DNA of 64,000 nucleotides. It comes from Gemmatimonadota bacterium. Lineage in GTDB: Bacteria > Gemmatimonadota > Gemmatimonadetes > Palauibacterales > Palauibacteraceae. Of the stretch, positions 35,018 through 43,857 are shown piece after piece. The notes under the pieces were generated by a model. The model was not told the DNA's origin. It made no database searches and saw nothing but the letters and a program-made list of their open reading frames with translations. The stretch's first letter is position 1. Each line of letters starts with the position of its first letter. Both the position numbers and the translations under genes were made by a program. The stretch covers positions 704,001 through 768,000 of the forward strand of contig OZ220691.1 of NCBI GenBank assembly GCA_965116475.1. Reading direction: 5' to 3'.

Positions 35018-38008
35018 GTGACCCGCCCAATCTCTCACGACCGCGCCGGTTCGCAACGGCCCCGGCCCGGACCCGCCGCTCCGTCTGCGGCCCGGCTCGA
35101 AGCTCGACTTCGGACGGGCCTCGGGGGAGAGGTCCGGTTCGACCGCTTCACGCGCGGGCTGTACAGCACGGATGCGTCCATCTACCAGGTCGAGCCGCTG
35201 GGCGTGGTGTTCCCGGAATCCGCCGGCGACGTGCGGCGGGCGGTGGAACTCGCAGGCGAGCACGGGACTTCGGTCGTCGTGCGCGGGGCCGGGACGTCGC
35301 AGAGCGGCCAGTCGATCGGGCGGGGCGTGATCCTCGACACGAGCCGGGGGCTGGACGGGGTGCTCGACTTCGATCCGGCCGCCCGGCGCGTCGTGGTCGA
35401 GCCGGGGATCGTGCTGGACCGGCTGAACGCGTTCCTGCGGCCGCACGGGCTCTTCTTCCCGATCGACGTGGCGACGTCGAGCCGCGCCACGCTGGGGGGC
35501 ATGGCCGGCAACAACAGCGCGGGATCGCGCTCGGTGCGGTACGGCCACATGGTCGAGCACGTCCGGGGCATCGAGGCGGTGCTTGCGGATGGCCGGCGGG
35601 CCGAGTTCCGCCGCGACGCCAGGCCGGGCGCGGCCCCCGGGGACAGCCGCGGAGACAGCCTCGGGGACCGGCTCGGAGACAGCCTCGGGGCCGACATGCG
35701 GGGGCTGTACCGGCGCGAGGCGGACGAACTGGCGCGGCGGGTGCCGGACGTCCCCCGCCACGTGGCCGGCTATGCGCTGCACCGCCTGGGCCGGGAGGGC
35801 GCCGGGCTGTCGGACCTTCTCGTGGGTTCGGAGGGAACGCTCGCGCTCTTCACCGCGCTCGAACTCGACGTTCAGCCCATTCCCTCGGTGCGCGCGCTCG
35901 GCGTGTGCCGCTTCGACGGGACCGGCGAGGCGCTGGCCGCGGTCCCGGCGATCGTCGCCCTCGAACCAACGGCGGTGGAACTGTTCGACGCGACCGTGCT
36001 CGGGCTGGCCGCGCAGATGCCGAGTTTCGAGCGGGTGCTGCGGCAACTCGGGGAGGACGGGAGCGGCCCGCCGCGCGACATCCTCGTCGTCGAGTTCGCA
36101 GGGGACGATCCGGAGCGCGTCTCCGCCTCCCTCTCGGCCCTCGAGTCCGCGCTGGGCGGGATCGCGGTGGGCGTCGTCCGCGCGGAATCCCCCGCCTTCC
36201 AGGCCCGCATCTGGGCGATGCGCAAGGCGGGGCTCAGCATCTCCATGTCCCAACCCGCCGATCGCAAGCCGCTCGCCTTCATCGAGGACTGCGCGATCCC
36301 GCTCGAGCGGCTGCCGGAGTGGTACCGCCGGCTCACGGAGATCATCGACCGCCACGCCACCCACGCCGTCTGGTACGCGCACGCATCCGTCGGCTGTCTC
36401 CACGTGCGGCCGGCGCTGGACCTGCGCGACGGGGACGATGTGGAGCGGCTGCGCGCGATCGCGGTCGACGCCTTCGCGCTCGCGGCCGAACTGGACGGAT
36501 CCCATTCGGGCGAGCACGGGGACGGCTGGATCCGGTCCGAGTTCCTCGAACCGATGCTGGGCGCGCGCCTCGTCTCCGCCTTCGGCGAGATCAAGCGGCG
36601 CTTCGATCCGGGCGACCGCTTGAACCCCGGGAAGATCGTCGACCCGCCCCGCATGAACGATCCCTCACTGCTGCGGGCCCGATACGGACTGGAGACCCGA
36701 AAGCTCCCGACGGCGCTTGACTGGGGGAAGTGGGGAGGGTTCTCGCCGGCCGTCGACATGTGCAACAACAACGGGACCTGCCTCAAGCGGAGCCCCGGCG
36801 TGATGTGCCCGTCCTTCCGCGCCACGAGCGACGAACGGCATTCGACGCGCGGGCGCGCCAACGCCCTGCGGCTGGCGCTGTCGGGGCAGTTGGGGGACGA
36901 CCCGTGGACATCGCCGGAGCTGTACGAGGCGATGGACCTGTGCCTGGGCTGCAAGGGGTGTCGCCGCGAGTGTCCGACGGGCGTGGACATGGCGCGCATG
37001 AAGGTGGAGTTCCTGCACCGGCTGCGCGCCGAGCAGCCGCTCTCGCCGCGGGACCGGGCGCTCGCCTATCTGCCCCGCTACGCGCCGCTGCTTTCGCGCA
37101 TGGCTCCGCTCGTGAACCTGCGGAACCGAATCCCCGCGCTCGCCCGCCTCGGCGAGCAAGTGGCGGGTCTCGCGGCCGACCGGCCGCTCCCACGCTGGTC
37201 GTCGCAGCCGTTCTCCCTGCCGTCCCGGCTCTCCGCCCGGGAGAATGGCGGGTCGAGGGTCGCGCTCTTCGTCGACACCTTCACGCGCTATTTCGAGCCG
37301 GAGAACGCCCGCGCCGCCGTTCGGGTGCTGTCGAGGGCGGGCTATCGGGTGGAGGAGGCCGATACTGCGGGCCGGCCGCTCTGCTGCGGGCGCACCTTCC
37401 TCAACGCGGGCCTCGTCGAGGAGGCGCGTGTCGAACTCGACCGCACCGTCCGGGCGCTGAGCCGGTTCGTGGCGCGCGGGATCCCGGTGGTGGGACTCGA
37501 ACCGTCATGCCTCCTCACGCTGCGCGACGAACTGCCCGCCCTGGACTCCGGGCCCGAGGCGGCCGAAGTCGCGGATCAAGCCCGGCTGCTGACCGAATGG
37601 CTCGTCGAAGCGGCGGCGCTCGACCGGCTTGACCTCGCTCCCCTCCCCGTCCGGCGCGTCCGCGTCCACGGGCACTGCCACGAGAAGGCGTTCGGCGCGG
37701 ACGGCCCGACGCTGGAGGTCCTCCGCGCGATCCCCGACCTCGAGGTCGAACCGATCCCCGCCGGCTGCTGCGGGATGGCCGGTTCCTTCGGCTACGAGGC
37801 CGAACACGCGGAGGTCTCCCGCCGCGTCGCCGAACTCGAACTCCTCCCCGCCGTCCGAGAGTTGCGAGAGGACGAATGGCTCGTCGCCAACGGCACAAGC
37901 TGCCGCCACCAGGTCGCCGACCTCGCCAACGCAACGGCCCACCACGTCGTCACGGTGCTGTCGGACGCGCTCGCCGGTACGGCGCGCCACAACCAACCGC
38001 CCTCTTGA
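35018..38008 (+). CDS. FAD-binding and 4Fe-4S oxidoreductase (GlcD/GlpC fusion, D-2-hydroxyacid dehydrogenase-like)
   Basis: YSTDASIY, RGAGTSQSGQ, SGEHGDG, CNNNGTC, CLGCKGCRRECP, CCG domains; start placed at GTG 35018. Confidence 0.92.
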   Translation: MTRPISHDRAGSQRPRPGPAAPSAARLEARLRTGLGGEVRFDRFTRGLYSTDASIYQVEPLGVVFPESAGDVRRAVELAGEHGTSVVVRGAGTSQSGQSIGRGVILDTSRGLDGVLDFDPAARRVVVEPGIVLDRLNAFLRPHGLFFPIDVATSSRATLGGMAGNNSAGSRSVRYGHMVEHVRGIEAVLADGRRAEFRRDARPGAAPGDSRGDSLGDRLGDSLGADMRGLYRREADELARRVPDVPRHVAGYALHRLGREGAGLSDLLVGSEGTLALFTALELDVQPIPSVRALGVCRFDGTGEALAAVPAIVALEPTAVELFDATVLGLAAQMPSFERVLRQLGEDGSGPPRDILVVEFAGDDPERVSASLSALESALGGIAVGVVRAESPAFQARIWAMRKAGLSISMSQPADRKPLAFIEDCAIPLERLPEWYRRLTEIIDRHATHAVWYAHASVGCLHVRPALDLRDGDDVERLRAIAVDAFALAAELDGSHSGEHGDGWIRSEFLEPMLGARLVSAFGEIKRRFDPGDRLNPGKIVDPPRMNDPSLLRARYGLETRKLPTALDWGKWGGFSPAVDMCNNNGTCLKRSPGVMCPSFRATSDERHSTRGRANALRLALSGQLGDDPWTSPELYEAMDLCLGCKGCRRECPTGVDMARMKVEFLHRLRAEQPLSPRDRALAYLPRYAPLLSRMAPLVNLRNRIPALARLGEQVAGLAADRPLPRWSSQPFSLPSRLSARENGGSRVALFVDTFTRYFEPENARAAVRVLSRAGYRVEEADTAGRPLCCGRTFLNAGLVEEARVELDRTVRALSRFVARGIPVVGLEPSCLLTLRDELPALDSGPEAAEVADQARLLTEWLVEAAALDRLDLAPLPVRRVRVHGHCHEKAFGADGPTLEVLRAIPDLEVEPIPAGCCGMAGSFGYEAEHAEVSRRVAELELLPAVRELREDEWLVANGTSCRHQVADLANATAHHVVTVLSDALAGTARHNQPPS

Positions 38009-38021
38009 CGCGTCCGTGTTC

Positions 38022-39170
38022 TTACCCTCCAGGCCGTGTGCTCATCCAGTCGCACTCCTCGTCCGAGACCAGGTACATCCGAATCCAGGTCTCAAGCATC
38101 TCCGAATCGTCGATTCGCCGGTCCAGGACGAATAGCGTATCGCCCCGGAAGGTTTCCATCGGTCGAATGTCGAAGTCGTGCGGCACGAGGGTGTCCACAC
38201 ACGCTTGTGAGAGGTCTGGCGAGAGGATCCCGACCCAGGTCTTGGCGGTGAGCACCGGCATCGGTTCCATCTTCAGTGCCGTCTGGTCGTGGTGGGTGAA
38301 CAGGAAACCGCCGCCCGGCCGCGGGAAAAGTTGGCGCAGTCGCGAACTCTCCTCCAACTGCTCGCGGTACGGGATGCGCTCGATGTCGATGCGTTCCCTG
38401 AGGTCGGCCGGGACCCCCTTCCTCCTCGCCACCGGGATGTCCAGCGTGTCCACTGCCTCGCCCCGCAGGTTCAGGACGAACATCTCGTCCAGCCCGGACC
38501 AGCCCTGCACAAACCGTCCGTCGGCGTACGCAAGCGAACCGATCCGAAAAAGGCTCGCATAGGACCAGTTGTCGGTGCTGAGCGACGCGACGTATTCCCG
38601 GGGGAGTCCGCCCATGCTCGTGAATTCGTCCGTGGCCGGCCGCCAACGAGTCAGCGATGTTCCGCGCTGGAGCTCGAAATCCGTCATCCAGACGTCCTGG
38701 CCGATCACCACCGGGGGTGTGATTCCGCCCAGCGCGGGAAAGTCCACAACCCGAATCGTCTCTCCGGTGTTTCGGTCGAAGACGTTCACTCGCCGCGACC
38801 CTGTGGTCTGGGCGGCTACGGTCGAATCGTCGATGAGCATCGGAGTTCTGGGCCCGCCGCGAAACTCTCCCGGCCCCTCTCCCGGCCGTCCGTACACGAG
38901 CATCAGGCTGCCGTCTCTGCGGAACCTGAGGAGCCGTCCCGAGAAGATGTCCGGTATGTAGAAGGACCCGTCGAACGGGTCGATGACCGGAGTGTACGGA
39001 TTGCCGATGTACAGCGTGTCGGCTTCCGGCAGCAGAATGCTGTCGACGGCAGTGAGGGTTGGCCCCGCCGCGTCCGCGGTCACGGGATCGCCGGACTCGG
39101 AGCCGCAGCCCGGGATCAGGAACATGCCACCGGCGAACAGCGCGACGCCGACACGACGGGACCAGCCCAC
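38022..39170 (-). CDS. 6-bladed beta-propeller lipoprotein
   Basis: Lipobox IPGC, YGRPGEGPGEF. Confidence 0.78.
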   Translation of the reverse strand: MGWSRRVGVALFAGGMFLIPGCGSESGDPVTADAAGPTLTAVDSILLPEADTLYIGNPYTPVIDPFDGSFYIPDIFSGRLLRFRRDGSLMLVYGRPGEGPGEFRGGPRTPMLIDDSTVAAQTTGSRRVNVFDRNTGETIRVVDFPALGGITPPVVIGQDVWMTDFELQRGTSLTRWRPATDEFTSMGGLPREYVASLSTDNWSYASLFRIGSLAYADGRFVQGWSGLDEMFVLNLRGEAVDTLDIPVARRKGVPADLRERIDIERIPYREQLEESSRLRQLFPRPGGGFLFTHHDQTALKMEPMPVLTAKTWVGILSPDLSQACVDTLVPHDFDIRPMETFRGDTLFVLDRRIDDSEMLETWIRMYLVSDEECDWMSTRPGG

Positions 39171-39189
39171 TACCGTCCCCCGCGAATCT

Positions 39190-39633
39190 TCATTCCAACC
39201 GCGCGGACATCGCCCGGAGGTGCTCCCTGAGCGGCGGCGGGATCTCGATGCCCCGCCAGTTGCGGCTGCCGTGCTCGCGGCGGGCGCAGACGACGGTCCA
39301 GTCGCTGCGGGCGACGACTTCCCGCTCCCCGGAGCGGTCGACCGTGAACTCGGCGGCGTAGCGGATCGCCTTGCGGCGCACCTCGCGCACCCGAAGTCTC
39401 ACGTCGACCTCGTCGCCGTAGTGGACGGCGCCCAGGTAGTCGCACGAGACGGAGACGCGCGGCATCCCGAACACGGAGTCTTCGCTCCAGCGGAAGCCGA
39501 CGAGGTCGAACGACCGGTAGAGGGCGTGCTCGGCCTCCTCCATGAACTTCAGGAGCGCCGTGAAGTGGATGAGGTTCGCGGTGTCCGTATCCGCGAACTC
39601 CACGCGCCGCGTGTAGACGAACTCGGAAGCCAT
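39190..39633 (-). CDS. Acyl-CoA thioesterase (4HBT hotdog fold)
   Basis: RRVEFADTDTANLIHF...MEEAE, SCDYLGAVHYGD. Confidence 0.88.
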   Translation of the reverse strand: MASEFVYTRRVEFADTDTANLIHFTALLKFMEEAEHALYRSFDLVGFRWSEDSVFGMPRVSVSCDYLGAVHYGDEVDVRLRVREVRRKAIRYAAEFTVDRSGEREVVARSDWTVVCARREHGSRNWRGIEIPPPLREHLRAMSARLE

Positions 39634-39712
39634 GCGGCAATCTATCACCCCTTCGAACCCTGGCAGCCCGCGACCTGGACACGACACTCGGGTCTGCGGG
39701 CCGGGAGGCGCT

Positions 39713-40396
39713 GTGTCGGTTGAACCGAGGCACATCACGATCGAGCGGCGGGTGCGCTTCGCCGTGCTCGACCCGCACGAGCGGCCGGCGACCGAGATCT
39801 GGTTCGCCCTGCACGGATACCACCAGCTCGCCCACCGTTTCCTGCGCTATTTACAGCCGATTCACCGGGGCGCCCGGGGCATCGTCGCCCCCGAGGGGCT
39901 GCACCGGCACTACGTCGACCACGAGTCGCGGAAGGTCGGCGCCTCCTGGATGACGAGCGAAGACCGCCTCACGGATATCGAGGACTACGTCGGCTACCTC
40001 GACCGGCTTCACGCGCACGTCCTGGCCGAGGAGTCACGGCAAACGCCAGGCGCCTCGACGCCGCCGAGGATCGTCGGACTCGGGTTCTCGCAGGGGGTGC
40101 ACACGCTGTGCCGCTGGCTCGCGTTCGGCCGCGCCCGCATCGACCGGGCGATCCTGTGGGGCGCCACCGTCCCGCCCGACCTCGACCTGAGCGAGCACGG
40201 CGCCGCGCTCTCCGCCGCCGACCTCCACCTCGTCGTAGGCGACGAGGACGAGTACTACGACCGCGCCGCCATCGACGCCCATGAAGCGCGGTTACGCGCG
40301 GCCGGGATCGCCTTCACGTCCCACACCTATCCCGGCGGACACCGCCTCGACGCCGGACCCCTGCGGCGCCTCGCGGATCCCGGAGGAACGGGATAA
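39713..40396 (+). CDS. Alpha/beta hydrolase (phospholipase/carboxylesterase family)
   Basis: LHGY, IVAPEGL, GFSQG nucleophile elbow, GDED, YPGGH. Confidence 0.88.
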   Translation: MSVEPRHITIERRVRFAVLDPHERPATEIWFALHGYHQLAHRFLRYLQPIHRGARGIVAPEGLHRHYVDHESRKVGASWMTSEDRLTDIEDYVGYLDRLHAHVLAEESRQTPGASTPPRIVGLGFSQGVHTLCRWLAFGRARIDRAILWGATVPPDLDLSEHGAALSAADLHLVVGDEDEYYDRAAIDAHEARLRAAGIAFTSHTYPGGHRLDAGPLRRLADPGGTG

Positions 40397-40435
40397 AGGC
40401 TTCGGCGCTGCCGTTCCTAACGAAGCCGACGTAGT

Positions 40436-41557
40436 TCACCGAATGGGTTCACCTGGTTGCAAGTCGCGATCCCAACCGTGAATCCACTCGACATCGTACC
40501 AATCCACGCGGCGCTCCGGCACTACACCGCCGGCATCCCGCACGACGAGAACTGCGAGCGTGTCCCCGAGGACATCCATCCCCAAGACCTTGTCCGCCAC
40601 CTGCAGCGTCAACGCGTACTCGGGACCTTTGTCGGTGAGTCGAAACATGTCGATGTAGCTGAGCGGGTGGACCACGTCGGTCCCGGCGTTCCAATGGGAC
40701 ACCGCCCAGAACCGCCGCTGGTCATCCACGACTCTCGGCCCGTACCACTCCTTCGGTCTGGCCCGGATCTCCTCCTCGTCGGGAGCCCAGGGCGCCGAGC
40801 GCAGAGTCCGTAGCTCCGACGCCACGTCCTCCGCGGTCGGGTATCGCTCCACATACGTCGGGGACCGCACGATCGCGGTGGGCCCCTCCGCGTCACGATC
40901 CGCATACCAGACGAGAACCTCGCCGTAGCAGGCCAGAAACAGGAGATCACCGCTTCCGTCCCCGTTCGCCAGCCGACGCATCCTCTGCAGAGGCGTCGAG
41001 CAACTCACGACCTCCGCTTCGTGCGGGAACGCTCGCGCCCACTGGACGCGACCTGTTGCCACGTCGATCTCCGCCTGCACGACCGGCCGGTCACCGTTTG
41101 AGTCAAGCCTCCTGTACCAACCAAGCACTGTCCCGTCCATCGCCTCGCGGCGGCTGGCGCTTAACCGGTCAGGGAGCCCACCCGTGGAAGCGAGGAACCC
41201 CCCCGACCCGGAGAACAGCGACAGGCGCTGCAGTCGCCGATCAATTACGCCAACGGTACCTGACGGGCCACGAAGTACGTCGCCCGGAAACGTGAACTCG
41301 CCTGGTCCCTCGCCTTCAGTACCAAACTCGACAGACTTGCCGCCGGGATCGATGCAGATCACGCGGTGCCAGTAGGACTCAATGACACATGCTGCACCGC
41401 CGCGCAGAAGCGTGAGCCCACTGCGTACGCTCAGCGGTGCCGGCGCGGAGGCAACCTGGTCGAGCTCGATTGGCTGAATTGCGATATCGGCCGGCTCGCC
41501 ACACGCCGCGGCGACCAGCGTAGTGACGAGCGCGGCCTGACGACGATTATTGGTCAC
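40436..41557 (-). CDS. 6-bladed beta-propeller lipoprotein
   Basis: Lipobox AAAC, FGTEGEGPGEF. Confidence 0.75.
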   Translation of the reverse strand: MTNNRRQAALVTTLVAAACGEPADIAIQPIELDQVASAPAPLSVRSGLTLLRGGAACVIESYWHRVICIDPGGKSVEFGTEGEGPGEFTFPGDVLRGPSGTVGVIDRRLQRLSLFSGSGGFLASTGGLPDRLSASRREAMDGTVLGWYRRLDSNGDRPVVQAEIDVATGRVQWARAFPHEAEVVSCSTPLQRMRRLANGDGSGDLLFLACYGEVLVWYADRDAEGPTAIVRSPTYVERYPTAEDVASELRTLRSAPWAPDEEEIRARPKEWYGPRVVDDQRRFWAVSHWNAGTDVVHPLSYIDMFRLTDKGPEYALTLQVADKVLGMDVLGDTLAVLVVRDAGGVVPERRVDWYDVEWIHGWDRDLQPGEPIR

Positions 41558-41697
41558 TAATACGGCCCCTCACAGCCCTCCATGCACTCGTCGAGGTGGG
41601 CCTGTGCCTCGGCCATGGCATCGTCGTGCGAAGCCCCTTGGATTTCCATCCAGTCGTTGTAAGTCCGGGAAGCCTCTAGAGAGCATCTTGCGTTGGT
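41557..41697 (-). pseudogene. Probable C-terminal remnant of a Cys-containing peptide gene
   Basis: TNARCSLEASRTYNDWMEIQGASHDDAMAEAQAHLDECMEGCEGPY*; stop overlaps the propeller GTG; no signal peptide or independent start. Confidence 0.45.
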
Positions 41698-41924
41698 CAG
41701 CGATCCGGGTCGTGGTCCCCGCTGCGGCGACGGCGGCGGGCCTCGAGGCGGCGGCGGAGGAGGGGGCTCACGAGGCCCGACGTCGTGCCGCCGATGAGGG
41801 CGAGGATGCCGACGGGGCCGGGGTTCGAGAACATCGGGGCGCTGATCTGCGTGTTCATCCACATCCCGAGCGCCGCAAACACGACCGCGCCGACGACGAA
41901 GCCGAGCCAGGTGAGCCGGATCAC
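41697..41924 (-). CDS. Small membrane protein (2 TM)
   Basis: Two hydrophobic segments, basic C-terminal tail, co-oriented with the upstream operon. Confidence 0.65.
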   Translation of the reverse strand: MIRLTWLGFVVGAVVFAALGMWMNTQISAPMFSNPGPVGILALIGGTTSGLVSPLLRRRLEARRRRRSGDHDPDR

Positions 41925-41964
41925 GGGGCGGTGCGCCGAATCAGGGGGGCCGTGCGCCGGGCCG

Positions 41965-42492
41965 CTATGAGCCGCCGTCCCCGTTGCCGCCGCCGGGGAG
42001 GCCGACGGTGGCGATGCACTCGATCTCGACGCGCGCGTTCAGCACCAGGCCGCCGACCGCGAGCGCGCTGCGGGCGGGCCGGTGGTTGGGGAAGAACTCC
42101 ATGTACGTGCGGCTCATGTCCCGGAAATCCGCGATGTCGGCCAGGAAGACGGTGCACTTCACGACCTCGTCCAGCGACGAGCCGTAGAGTTCGAGTGTTT
42201 CGGCGATGTTCCGCATCGTCTGCTGCGTCTCGGGGATGATCCCGCCCTCGACCAGTCCCTCGCCGGGCACGGTGCCGAGCTTGCCGGAGAGGTAGAGGAC
42301 GTTCCCCACGCGGACGGCCTGGGAGAAGGGCGAGCCGGGCCGTCCGCCCAGGTACTCGACGGAGTGCATCATCTCGGCCATCTCGGCGTGTTCCTGCGCC
42401 GCGAGCGGCGTCGCGGGGGCGAGGGCGGTCGCGAGCAGCGCGAGAGCCGCGGCGAGCGCCAGAGCCGTGGCGGAAAGCTGTTTCCTTGTCAT
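41965..42492 (-). CDS. RidA/YjgF-family protein with signal peptide
   Basis: PFSQAVRVGNVLYLSG, VVKCTVFLAD, PARSA, VEIECIA; RBS GAAGGAGGAG. Confidence 0.9.
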   Translation of the reverse strand: MTRKQLSATALALAAALALLATALAPATPLAAQEHAEMAEMMHSVEYLGGRPGSPFSQAVRVGNVLYLSGKLGTVPGEGLVEGGIIPETQQTMRNIAETLELYGSSLDEVVKCTVFLADIADFRDMSRTYMEFFPNHRPARSALAVGGLVLNARVEIECIATVGLPGGGNGDGGS

Positions 42493-42506
42493 TTCTCCTC
42501 CTTCGA

Positions 42507-43808
42507 TCATGGCGTGATGCGGGTCATCATGCGGGGGAACGCGATCGTCTCGCGCAGGTGGTCGATCCCGCACATCCACGTCACGGTGCGTTCGACGCCC
42601 AGTCCGAATCCGCTGTGTGTGAAGGTCCCGTATTTTCGGAGATCCAGGTACCAGTCGTAGGAAGCCTCCGGGAGCCCTTCCTCGCGGATGCGCGCGAGGA
42701 GCCTGTCGTGGTCGTCCTCCCGCTGGCTGCCGCCGATCACCTCGCCGTATCCCTCGGGCGCGAGCATGTCGTTGCACTTCACCGTGCGGGGATCCTCCGG
42801 GTTCTCCTTCATGTAGAAGGCCTTGACCCCCTTGGGATAGTCGAACACGAAGAGCGGCTTGTCCCGGCCCTCGACGAGCAGCGTCTCGGCCGTCGCGCCG
42901 AGGTCCGAACCCCATTCGATGTCGCTCCCCTTCGACTGCAGGAAGGCGACGGCGTCGGTGTAGCTCATGCGGTCGAACGGCGGCTGGATGGCCTCGAGTC
43001 TGGAGATGTCGCGGCCCAGCGCCTCGAGCTGATCGCGCTGGTTGTAGAGGACGCGCTTCACGATCCAGCAGACGAAGCGCTCCTGCAGCTCCATGTTCCC
43101 GTCGGAGTCGATCCAGGCGGCTTCGGGTTCCACCATCCAGAACTCGGTCAGGTGCCGGCGCGTCTTCGATTTCTCGGCCCGGAAGGTGGGGCCGAAGCAG
43201 TAGACCTTGCCGAGCGCCGCGGCCGCGGCCTCCACGTAGAGCTGCCCCGTCTGTGCGAGGTAGGCGGTGCCGAGATCGAAGTACTCCGTCTCGAACAGGG
43301 TGCCCGCCGACTCGCCGATGGCGCCGGTGAGGATGGGCGTGTCGACGTGAACGAAGCCCTCGTGGTGGAGGAAGTCGTGGATCGCGCGGATGACTTCGTC
43401 GCGGATGCGCATGATCGCGATCTGTCGGGCGCTCCTGAGCCAGAGGTGGCGGTTCTCGAGGAGGAAATCGACGCCGTGTTCCTTGGGCTGGATCGGGAAG
43501 TCGATCGACGGCCCCAGCACCTCGAAGCCCGACGCGGTGAGTTCGACGCCGGAGGGGGCGCGGGCATCGGCGCGCACCACTCCCGTCACGGCGACGCACG
43601 CCTCGTGCCCCACCGCGGTCAGCGGTTCCCACATCTCGGGCGGGACTTCGTTGCGGACGAAGACGCACTGGACCTCGTCCGTGCCGTCGCGCAGCACGAG
43701 AAAGGAGATCTTGCCGCTGGAGCGGAGGCGCCGGACCCAGCCGCGGAGACGGACTTCGTCCCCGATGCGGGCGGGCAGATCGCTTATGGTGACGGTGTGT
43801 TCGGACAT
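42507..43808 (-). CDS. asnS: Asparagine--tRNA ligase
   Basis: OB fold LRDGT, RHLWLRS, GPTFRAEKSKTRRHLTEFWM, GFGLGVER. Confidence 0.95.
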   Translation of the reverse strand: MSEHTVTISDLPARIGDEVRLRGWVRRLRSSGKISFLVLRDGTDEVQCVFVRNEVPPEMWEPLTAVGHEACVAVTGVVRADARAPSGVELTASGFEVLGPSIDFPIQPKEHGVDFLLENRHLWLRSARQIAIMRIRDEVIRAIHDFLHHEGFVHVDTPILTGAIGESAGTLFETEYFDLGTAYLAQTGQLYVEAAAAALGKVYCFGPTFRAEKSKTRRHLTEFWMVEPEAAWIDSDGNMELQERFVCWIVKRVLYNQRDQLEALGRDISRLEAIQPPFDRMSYTDAVAFLQSKGSDIEWGSDLGATAETLLVEGRDKPLFVFDYPKGVKAFYMKENPEDPRTVKCNDMLAPEGYGEVIGGSQREDDHDRLLARIREEGLPEASYDWYLDLRKYGTFTHSGFGLGVERTVTWMCGIDHLRETIAFPRMMTRITP

Positions 43809-43857
43809 GGCGGCGACAAGTTGCGGCTCGCTTCGGGACGGGGCAAACACGGCCGGG

